Shown: positions 8,357 through 16,546 of the stretch, in pieces
Numbering within the stretch: the stretch's first letter is position 1
Layout of the letters: every line of letters begins with the position of its first letter
From: Chthonomonadaceae bacterium
Lineage (GTDB): Bacteria > Armatimonadota > Chthonomonadetes > Chthonomonadales > Chthonomonadaceae
Direction of reading: 5' to 3'
Assembly (NCBI GenBank): GCA_035650735.1
Contig: DASRGZ010000210.1
Span: 1 to 48,168, forward strand
DNA length: 48,168 nt
Program-made: the position numbers and the translations under genes
The notes under the pieces: generated by a model
The model's database searches: none
What the model saw: only the letters and a program-made list of their open reading frames with translations
What the model was told of the DNA's origin: nothing

Positions 8357-9688
8357 TCAGGGCGCGGCGTAGCGGCGCATCTCGCGCTCGATGCGGGCCT
8401 GGACGGCGGCAAGCGCCTGCTCCGGCGTCTTTTCGTGGTAGAGGGCGCGGTCGAAGGCATCGCGCAGGGCGTTCTCGTAAAGCTGCATCACGGGCAGCGG
8501 CGGGAAGAAGCGGGCGTTGTGGGTGTTGCTGGCGATGTGGCTCAGGACGTAGCCGAGGGCGCGCTTGCTGCGCGAGCCGTGCGCAAATTGCCGCGCGTTA
8601 CGTAGGGACATGATGGTCGGCAGGTTGTTCATCGCCGAAGCGTATTCCAACTGCTGCCGGGGCTGCTGAAGCCAGCGCATGAACTCCCAGGCCAGATCGG
8701 GGTGGCGCGAACCGACCGGAATGACCATCACGTCGCCATCCTGCCAGGCCATGTTCCTGAGGTCGGGATGGGCGGCAGGGTGTGGCAGTTCACCGAGCGC
8801 GTAGTCGGTGCCGGGCGCGAACTTCTCCAGATACATCGCGGCCCACTCGCCGTCTATCCGCATGGCGACCTTGCCGAGCGCCAGAGGGTTCTGGCCGCTA
8901 TCGTCCCTGCCGAACCCGGCGCTAAAGGCGGCAATCTGCTGATACCCCCCCTGCGCATCCGAAAGAGTCACCAGCCAGCGCAGCGCCACGATGTTCTCCG
9001 GACGGTCGGCAGTGATACGTCCCGTGCGCTCGTCCCACACGCCGCCGTCGAACAGGCCGAACAGCAGCGCCGGATAGTCGGGAAGCTGCATGCCGAGGCG
9101 TGTCAGCGCGCCGCTGGCATCGCGTCGTGTCAAGCGCTTTGCCAGTTCCAGCGTCTCTTCCAGCGTTTGCGGCGGGCGTTCGGGGGCTAGGCCAGCCTCG
9201 CGGAAGCACTGCCGATTCCAGTAGAAGGCGCGCGAGTCGCGGGTGACGGGCATGGCGTAGAGATGGCCCCGATATCGGCCCTGCGCGATGGCTCCGGGCA
9301 GGAAATCGGCCTCATGGAACCTGGAGCGCGCAAAGTCGGCGTCCAGCATGCGGATCGCGCCGTTGGCTGCTAGCGGGCCGACCGAGTTGGTGCCGTAGAG
9401 GTAGGAGAGGTCGGGGGGCACGCCGGCGACGATGGCGCGGATCAGCCGCACCGCATCCACGCCGCCCGTGTTGCGGATCTGGATGCCGGGATGCTCCTGC
9501 TCAAAGCGGCGGCACAGGCGCTTAAAAGCCTTCTCCTCCACGCCTGTCGGATTCGACCAGATGACCAGCGTGGAGGACGCGCTCTCTTGGGCGACATGGC
9601 GGCAGCCGCTGAGGACAAGGGCGCTTCCGGGCACCGCCAGCATCCAGACGAAAACGGCTTTCCGCCGCTGAGAGATTCCCAATCGCAA
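8357..9688 (-). CDS. ABC transporter sugar-binding lipoprotein; no permease genes adjacent
   Basis: AAGGAGGAG RBS before TTG 9688; LSGC lipobox; FEQEHPGI, GVPPDL, LYAMP...YWN, GKVAMRIDGEW, AWEFMRW motifs. Confidence 0.88.
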   Translation of the reverse strand: MRLGISQRRKAVFVWMLAVPGSALVLSGCRHVAQESASSTLVIWSNPTGVEEKAFKRLCRRFEQEHPGIQIRNTGGVDAVRLIRAIVAGVPPDLSYLYGTNSVGPLAANGAIRMLDADFARSRFHEADFLPGAIAQGRYRGHLYAMPVTRDSRAFYWNRQCFREAGLAPERPPQTLEETLELAKRLTRRDASGALTRLGMQLPDYPALLFGLFDGGVWDERTGRITADRPENIVALRWLVTLSDAQGGYQQIAAFSAGFGRDDSGQNPLALGKVAMRIDGEWAAMYLEKFAPGTDYALGELPHPAAHPDLRNMAWQDGDVMVIPVGSRHPDLAWEFMRWLQQPRQQLEYASAMNNLPTIMSLRNARQFAHGSRSKRALGYVLSHIASNTHNARFFPPLPVMQLYENALRDAFDRALYHEKTPEQALAAVQARIEREMRRYAAP

Positions 9689-9962
9689 CGTTTCCCGACT
9701 CCTCCTTCTTGTGCCCTCATTGTATCGGGGAAGGCGTGTTTCCGCAAGAGCGTTTTTCCTCAAGAGGCAACGGGCCAGAAAGGGGAGTATCGAATCCGAT
9801 GCTGGCGCGTTGGAGCGCCAATGGATAGAAATGGATTTACCTGCAAGAGGAAACGGATCAGAAAGCGATCTGTGAAGGTATCTGAGGAACTATGGTATAC
9901 TATCTTGGCGTAAAGAGAATAGGGGTAAAATGCTCCCATAGCTTTGCGGTGAAAGAAGACGA

Positions 9963-10457
9963 ATGCGGCGGCTGACTCTGCTAGTACTGGTATTCTTGTT
10001 TGCGGCCTCGGCCAATTTCGGCGAGGCCGGCACATGGCGCTGCGCCAACGGCACGCCCTGCGTCTTCACGCCCGGCATCGGCTTCCATTGTCCGGGCGCT
10101 TCTCCCGCGAGGCATCCACGCGTCGCCGCTCCGGGGCCGGCGAGCCGTTCCTGCTGCGCCGCGCATGGGGCGCGGGCACTAGCGGCTGCATCGCGTTCCT
10201 GCGGTGTGGATTGCCTGGCGTGCCAGTGCCGCTTTGAGGTCACCTCCCTGCGCGCTCCCGCCATCACGGCGCAGGCGTCCGGCATCGCCGTCTCTGTCGT
10301 CGCCGAGCAGCCGATTCTCTTTGCCGCCGCCCCGGCTCCGACCGCCGGTTTTGTTGTCGGGCCTGTCATTTTCACGACGGGGCCGCCGGCTGCGCTTCGC
10401 TCGCATCCCTTCCTTCCCACGCCCTCCCGCGCGCCTCCGCGCCTCCTTGCTGCCTGA
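9963..10457 (+). CDS. Cys/His-rich exported protein with C-terminal RAPP motif (DUF2946/CutF/CruR-like)
   Basis: Signal peptide; nine Cys including CLAC; ends PTPSRAPPRLLAA; precedes metal-efflux genes. Confidence 0.7.
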   Translation: MRRLTLLVLVFLFAASANFGEAGTWRCANGTPCVFTPGIGFHCPGASPARHPRVAAPGPASRSCCAAHGARALAAASRSCGVDCLACQCRFEVTSLRAPAITAQASGIAVSVVAEQPILFAAAPAPTAGFVVGPVIFTTGPPAALRSHPFLPTPSRAPPRLLAA

Positions 10458-10868
10458 ACCCCTCTCTTCCAGGCCGTCCCACGCTCTCGTCCGGGCTTCT
10501 TCGCGTGCTTGCGTCTGTTTGACGTGAGGAATACGCTCCCCTGGAAGTAAAAGAGGCGCTCCTTTCCGACCTTTACCCGTATTCCGAATGCTATCCCGCC
10601 GTCAACGGCGATTTGCTTGCTGCCCCTGATCAAGCAAGAAGGATGCGGCAAGCCTATCTATAATTGCATCCGAAATTGGCTTTACTTGCCCGTTTTCGGG
10701 TGATGTGGCTGCGGCTATCGCCTGTCAGGACGCGCCTGTGCGCTCTCGGCCCTGACCAGGCTCCAGGGCCGGACATACGCTAACGCTCCGGGTTGCCGGG
10801 CGCGCTGCGAGCGCGCCGCCAAACGGTTCGCCAGCGAAGACGAACCTATGCCGAAGGAGGCAAACGCG

Positions 10869-11300
10869 ATGAAAACGCAATGGCTCTCCCTTCCTCTGTT
10901 GGGAATGGGACTGATAGTGGCTCTTCCTGCCGTCGCGCAGGACACGTCGAAGTACGATCCGATTATGGAAAAGCGGGCGGGCTTGCGGGTGCAGTACCTC
11001 CGCGCGCAACGCGAGGCGGCTCACCAGGCCGCGATGCAGCAGGCCACCGAAGGGCAAAACCGTTCCGGGCTGCGCCAGCATCGCGCCCACCGGAAAGATA
11101 CGGGCACTTCCGGGGTGACGATCATCCCGGCGCAGGACAACCCGTACCTGGTCGCTTTTCAGGCCCTGAGCAATAAACGGGCTGACTTGCGCATGAATAT
11201 CACGCGAAAAGGACTGAACGCCGCCTTTTCTGAATGGCTGCGTTACGAGCGCCCGCGCGCCTACCAAAACTACATCATGGACACCGGTGCCAATCGCTAA
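10869..11300 (+). CDS. Secreted hypothetical protein
   Basis: AAGGAGG RBS; signal peptide ending AVA-Q; helical. Confidence 0.7.
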   Translation: MKTQWLSLPLLGMGLIVALPAVAQDTSKYDPIMEKRAGLRVQYLRAQREAAHQAAMQQATEGQNRSGLRQHRAHRKDTGTSGVTIIPAQDNPYLVAFQALSNKRADLRMNITRKGLNAAFSEWLRYERPRAYQNYIMDTGANR

Positions 11301-11313
11301 CGAGGAGAACACC

Positions 11314-11604
11314 ATGAAACATAACGCATCGAGCTTCACGGCTCTGTCTCTCGCGGTAATCCTGTTTGGAACCGCCGGGCTAACGACCTTCGCTCAAACG
11401 ACGGCGAAAAAGCCGTCCACAAAGACGACCACGAAGGCGAGAGCCAAGAAAACGAACGCCGAGGTCAAGTACAAGGCCCACTGCGGCATGATCTATTCCG
11501 CCGCAGACGCCAAGAAATACCATTACATCTGCCCGATGGATCACAAGCCGCTGGTCAAAATCACCAGCGCCATCAAGATCGGGCAGCACGGCGCGAAGAA
11601 ATAG
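11314..11604 (+). CDS. Small secreted Lys-rich protein with heavy-metal-binding-like motif
   Basis: GAGGAG RBS; signal peptide; HCGM...YICPMDHKPL. Confidence 0.7.
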   Translation: MKHNASSFTALSLAVILFGTAGLTTFAQTTAKKPSTKTTTKARAKKTNAEVKYKAHCGMIYSAADAKKYHYICPMDHKPLVKITSAIKIGQHGAKK

Positions 11605-11614
11605 GTCATCGCGT

Positions 11615-11657
11615 CCTGTCCCAATGGGCAGAGCATCCTCCGGTCCATTGGGACAGG
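11615..11657. terminator. Intergenic hairpin
   Basis: CCTGTCCCAATGGGC...GTCCATTGGGACAGG. Confidence 0.45.
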
Positions 11658-11734
11658 GCCATGACTCCGGTAGGCTGAGGAGTAGACAGTTGGGTCTAGG
11701 GGCGTGAGGATACGCAGGTGATCTTGTCCTTGCG

Positions 11735-12187
11735 ATGGCGTTGGGGATTGTCGCTAATTTCCCGTGGGAGATGGCGCACTCGCTGCTCTATCGTGGCGCA
11801 ACGAAATGGACGATGGGACGGCATCTGCTCTGCGGCGGCCTGGCGGCGCTGACAGACGGGGCAGGCATCGCCGTAATCTTCGGATTCGGAATTGTTGTCT
11901 TCCGCGATGCGCGGTGGACGCGATTGCGATCCCTGGCCCGGCTTGGCTTCACAGCCCTGCTCGGCCTTGCCGGAGCGATTCTGAACGAGTGGCTGGCCCT
12001 TCGATTGGACTGGTGGGGCTACGGCCCGACCATGCCGCGAGTTCCGGGCGCCAATCTGGGCATCACGCCGTTGATACAGTTTATGGCAATGCCCCTCGGC
12101 GTGCTGTTCTGGGCCTTACCGCTTTGTTGGCATTATCCGGAGCGCCGCAGGCGTTCCGACGATCTGGAGGACACGCGCCCCGCCTAA
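11735..12187 (+). CDS. Multi-pass membrane hypothetical protein (start may be TTG 11690 across an in-frame TGA)
   Basis: Four hydrophobic segments; NFPWEMAH and WWGYGPTMP motifs. Confidence 0.65.
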   Translation: MALGIVANFPWEMAHSLLYRGATKWTMGRHLLCGGLAALTDGAGIAVIFGFGIVVFRDARWTRLRSLARLGFTALLGLAGAILNEWLALRLDWWGYGPTMPRVPGANLGITPLIQFMAMPLGVLFWALPLCWHYPERRRRSDDLEDTRPA

Positions 12188-12221
12188 AGAGGGCTGACCA
12201 GGCGGCCAGAGGAGATGTCCG

Positions 12222-13772
12222 ATGAAGCCTGAACACAGATCGCACGCACGCGACGCGGAGACACGGGAGCGCCCGGCAGAGACGCCCGCGCCGCGCACCG
12301 AACCAGCGCCGCGCTACACCTGCCCGATGCACCCGGAGGTCGTGCAAGACCAGCCGGGGCAGTGCCCGAAGTGCGGCATGGACTTGATGCCCATGCAAGA
12401 TGGCGAACATGAGAGGAGGATGCAAGAGCCTCACGACCCCGTGGAGATGACCCGGCAGATGCGAAAGCCCTGGCTCTGGACGAACTTCACGGTCATCACG
12501 CTGGGCGTATGGCTGATGGTCAGTCCGGCGACTTTCGGCTACCGGAGCGCCGCCCTGATCTGGAGCGACATCGGCAGCGGAGCCTTGCTCGTTCTCCTGG
12601 GTGCGATATCCCTGTCGCCGCGCTGGGATTTTATCGGGCGCTGGGGCGCGGCTCTGGTGGGCCTCTGGCTTCAGTTCGCGCCGCTGATCTTCTGGGCGCC
12701 CAGTCCGGTCGCCTATGTTACCGACACGCTCATCGGCGCGCTCACCATCGGCCTGACCATTCTCGTGCCGATGATGCCCGGCATGGCCCATCACATGGAA
12801 ATGATGAAGCCGGGGCCGGAGATACCGCCCGGCTGGACCTACAACCCATCGGCCTGGCTGCAACGCGCGCCGCTCATCGCCACCGGCTTCCTCGGCTGGT
12901 TCATCTCTCGCTACCTGGCCGCCGTGCAGTTGGGCTACACTCCGACCGTCTGGGACCCCTTCTTCGGGGCAGGAACGCAGCGGGTGCTGCACTCGAAGGT
13001 TTCGCAGATGTGGCCGATCTCGGACGCCGGGTTGGGGGCGCTGGCCTATACCATCGAGGCGCTGATGGGCTGGATGGGGGGCACGAACCGCTGGCGGACG
13101 ATGCCCTGGATGGTCACCTTCTTCGGCCTCCTGGTTATCCCGCTGGGCCTGGTGCACATCACGCTGGTCATCTTGCAGCCGGTGGTTGTGGGCTACTGGT
13201 GTACGCTGTGCCTGGCCGCTGCCGCCGTGATGCTGGTGATGATCCCGCTGACGGTGGATGAGGTCGTGGCGATGGTGCAGTTCCTCCAGCGTAGCGTCCG
13301 GGAGGGCAAACCGTTCTGGCGCACCTTCTGGGTGGGCGGCACGTTGGAGGGGGAGGAGAACCAGGACACCCGTTCGCCCCAGTATGGCGCGTCGGTGGCG
13401 GCTTACGGCCCGGCGATGGTCTGGGGCGTCTCCGTCCCCTGGAACCTGCTTCTCTCTGCGGCGCTGGGCCTGTGGCTGATGTTCGCGCCGTCCGTCCTGG
13501 GGACTCACGGAGCGATGGCGGATAGCGACCATCTGGTGGGGGCCGTAGTGCTCACCATTGCGGTCATCACAATGGCGGAGGTCGTCAGGGCCGGACGCTT
13601 CCTGAATGTGCTGCTGGGCCTCTGGATTGTGGCCGCGCCCTGGCTGCTTTCGGGCGCGCCGATGGCGGGTAGGCTGGCGGACGCAGCGGCGGGCATCGCG
13701 CTGATCCTCCTCAGCCTCCCACGGAGCGTTGTGCGCGAGCGCTATGGCGGCTGGGATCGCTACATCGTCTGA
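12222..13772 (+). CDS. Heavy-metal-binding domain + SPW repeats + VKOR-family membrane protein
   Basis: YTCPMHPEV...CPKCGMDL; GxWLxxSP/APW repeats at both ends; VKOR CxxC (WCTLC). Confidence 0.85.
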   Translation: MKPEHRSHARDAETRERPAETPAPRTEPAPRYTCPMHPEVVQDQPGQCPKCGMDLMPMQDGEHERRMQEPHDPVEMTRQMRKPWLWTNFTVITLGVWLMVSPATFGYRSAALIWSDIGSGALLVLLGAISLSPRWDFIGRWGAALVGLWLQFAPLIFWAPSPVAYVTDTLIGALTIGLTILVPMMPGMAHHMEMMKPGPEIPPGWTYNPSAWLQRAPLIATGFLGWFISRYLAAVQLGYTPTVWDPFFGAGTQRVLHSKVSQMWPISDAGLGALAYTIEALMGWMGGTNRWRTMPWMVTFFGLLVIPLGLVHITLVILQPVVVGYWCTLCLAAAAVMLVMIPLTVDEVVAMVQFLQRSVREGKPFWRTFWVGGTLEGEENQDTRSPQYGASVAAYGPAMVWGVSVPWNLLLSAALGLWLMFAPSVLGTHGAMADSDHLVGAVVLTIAVITMAEVVRAGRFLNVLLGLWIVAAPWLLSGAPMAGRLADAAAGIALILLSLPRSVVRERYGGWDRYIV

Positions 13773-13844
13773 ACGGAACGAACCACGCCTCCTGGTGTTG
13801 GCCGGGGGACCTGTGCGCCAACACCACTCATAAGGAGCACGACC

Positions 13845-13943
13845 ATGATGGCAGGGTGCTGGATGTGACTAGTGGGCTGGATAGCGGGGATCGGTCTGAT
13901 CGCCGTGCTCATTATCGTGATTATCAAGTTGCTGAAAAAGTAG
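13845..13943 (+). CDS. 32-aa single-TM microprotein with in-frame TGA, putative selenoprotein: MMAGCWM(U)LVGWIAGIGLIAVLIIVIIKLLKK
   Basis: AAGGAG RBS; CxxU; TGA 13866-13868; TM helix with basic tail; SECIS-like hairpin. Confidence 0.6.
13885..13905 (+). other. Putative bacterial SECIS element for TGA 13866
   Basis: CGGGGATC-GGTCT-GATCGCCG; 7 of 8 pairs; loop starts at +25 from UGA. Confidence 0.5.
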
Positions 13944-14053
13944 TCTCGCCGGGCGCTTCCCGGATGAGGACACTCCGGGCCGCGCGGCCCGGCGACGCGA
14001 TCTCGGTCATGGAGCGTATGGCGCTCGCATGGCCTTACCTAAGGGAACGTTGA

Positions 14054-16546
14054 ATGAGGTTTACAATTCAGAGACGGCTTGTTGCGTGGATTGCGATATC
14101 TCTCCTGTTCGCATTCGGAGCCACCTCTGCCGCTCTCGCTTCTCTGCGGGCTCAGGCCGGGCCTTATCGGGTCGAGATCGCCACCGATCCCGCCGTGATC
14201 CTGGTAGGCCAGCCGACAAAACTGGTCATCCAGATTACCGACTCCGAGGGCAAGCCGGTGGAGGGCGCGCAGGTGCGGGCCATCGCGCAGATGCCGGGGA
14301 TGCCCATGGGTGAACAGGAGGAGACGGCGCTCCCGCAGGCCGGGCAGCCTGGAGTCTATGTGGCTCCGGCGCAGTTTGCCATGGCTGGCAGGTACGAGGC
14401 GGCCATCCAGATTTCCGGGCCGCAGGGTGCCGCCACCGCCAAAATCCCCCTCAAGACAGGACAGAATACCGGCAGCATTGCGGGCGGTACTACCGGAGGG
14501 AGCGCCTATCTGCTCGCCTGGCTGCCCTGGATTCTGGGTGGCCTCGTCCTGGCCTTTATCCTCTACCGGATGCGGCGCACCGGGCAGCGCGTCAATCTGC
14601 GCCCGCTCCTTAACTGGCGGGTTATCGCGGGCATTCTGCTGCTGGTGGCGGTCTATCTCGGCTCGGCCTGGGCGGTGCGCACCTACACGAAGCCGGGCCA
14701 CATGAGCGTCATCGAGGCGCAGGCGATGGACATGACCGCCATGAAGCCGCCGGTGGGCGCATCGCCCGTCGCGGTCATGGCCGCCAAGCGCGAGCCGCTG
14801 GAGTCCACGGTGCAATATACGGGATCCGCCGTCGCGTTCCAGGATCAGGAGGTGACCCCGCGCGTTACCGGAACGATCTCCTGGATGCCTTTCTACCCTG
14901 GGGACCGCGTGCGCCAGGGGCAGATCGTGGCCCGGCTGGATACGAGCGAACTCGCTTCCAGGGCCAGGGAGCAGGCGGCAGGCGTCGCGATGGTCGAGCA
15001 CGCCACGATGATCGCCCAAAAGCAGTATCAGCAGGCGCTCGGAGTCAGGGCGCAGGCCCAAGCCCAGGTGCAGGAAGCCAAAAATGAGGTTGTCGGCGCG
15101 CGCAGTGAGCTGGCGGCGGCCCGGCAGGACGTGACGGCAGCCCAAGACGAGCGCGCCGGCGCGCTGGCCGATCTGGAAAGCGCGCAGACGGCCATTACCG
15201 ACGCTCAGGCCCAGCTTGCGGCGGCGCAGGCCGATCAGAATTACTGGCGGGAACAGCTCAAGCGCTCCCAGGAGCTAGTCCAGAGTGGAGCCCTTTCACG
15301 GCAGGCGTACCAGCAAGACCAGGCGCAGGCGGAGAACGCCAACGCCAAAGTGCGCCAGGCCCAGGCGCGCATCCAGCAGGCGAACGCCGCCGTGCGCGCC
15401 GCGCAATCCCGCATCAAGAAAGCGGAGGCTCTGATCGCCGGGGCGCAGGCGAAGGTGGCCCAGATGCAGGCGAAGGTCGAGTCCCGCCAGGCCAGAGTGG
15501 CGCAGGCGCAGGATAATGCGCGCGCGCTGGCCGCGGCGGCGGAGGCTGCCGAGCATGAAATTGCGCACACGCAGGCGGGCGTGCGGCAGGCCCAGGCGCA
15601 ATGGAATACCGCCCGCGTGATCGTCGGCTACACCGAGATTCGGGCCGAAGTGGACGGCGTTGTTACCCAGCGCCTTGTCAGCCCCGGCCAGCTTGTCCAG
15701 CCGGGCCAGGCGCTTCTGCGTATCTCCCAGATCCGCCCGATCCGGCTCCAGGCCAACGTCGCCGAAAGCGACCTCCCGAACATCCAGGTCGGCAGCCGCG
15801 TGCGCGCGTGGACGATGAAAGATTCAAAGCATCCGGTGGAGGCGCGGGTCAGCGCCGTCTTCCCGGCGGCGGACCCCCAATCGCGCACCTCCATCGTGGA
15901 GGCCATTCTGGCGAATACGGATCGCCGCTTCCTGCCCGGCGACTATATCACCATGAGCATCACCACAGGCCAGAGCCGGAACGCGCTCGTCGTGCCGGCC
16001 AGCGCCATTGTCTGGCAGCCCAAAGCCACCAGCGATGTGCTGGCGACCGCGCAGACGCCTTCCGTCTGGGTCATTACCGCCGGCCAGCCGGAAAAGACAG
16101 TCTACACCTGCACCATGCACCTGCAGGTCAAACAGGATAAGCCCGGCAAATGCCCCATATGAGGATGGGAGCTAACCCCGCAGGTCGCGGGAGGAAAGTG
16201 GCGGGCACACCTGGTTCCCGTCACAGTTGGATTGGTCAATGCTCAGTATGTGGAGATACGTAACGGGCTGGAGGAGGGGGCGCAGGTGATCTATGCCGGG
16301 CAGGAGTCGCTCCATGAGGGCGATCCGGTCGTCCCGGCGGAGTGGGGGCTGTCGGGGCCGCTCACGCTGCCGCCGGCGCCCGGCGCGGTGGCGCCCCGCA
16401 CAGAGGCGCCCGGCACGGTCTATACCTGCCCGATGCACCCGGAGGTGAGGTCGGACAAGCCCGGTAAATGCCCCAAGTGCGGCATGGATTTAGTCCCGAT
16501 GAAGCTGGGCAATACGGGCATGAGCGGCATGGGAGGCGCGCGATGA
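14054..16546 (+). CDS. RND periplasmic adaptor (830 aa) with YtkA/FixH-like N-domain, two metal-binding domains and putative Sec at TGA 16160-16162
   Basis: ORFs 14054-16162 and 16232-16546 share a frame with no other stop; YTCTMH...KCPI*GWEL aligns with the C-terminal YTCPMH...KCPKCGMDL; MFP motifs on both sides of the TGA. Confidence 0.85.
16177..16191 (+). other. Putative bacterial SECIS element for TGA 16160
   Basis: CCCGC-AGGTC-GCGGG; GCAGGTC at +18..+24, as in the E. coli fdhF SECIS apex (+16..+22). Confidence 0.7.

Noticed and set aside
9895..9945. CsoR-type operator upstream of the RAPP gene
   Set aside because: Only a GGGGTA half-site, no matching inverted half
16232..16546. Independent 104-aa metal-binding gene
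   Set aside because: No clear RBS; begins mid-domain and is in frame with the adaptor
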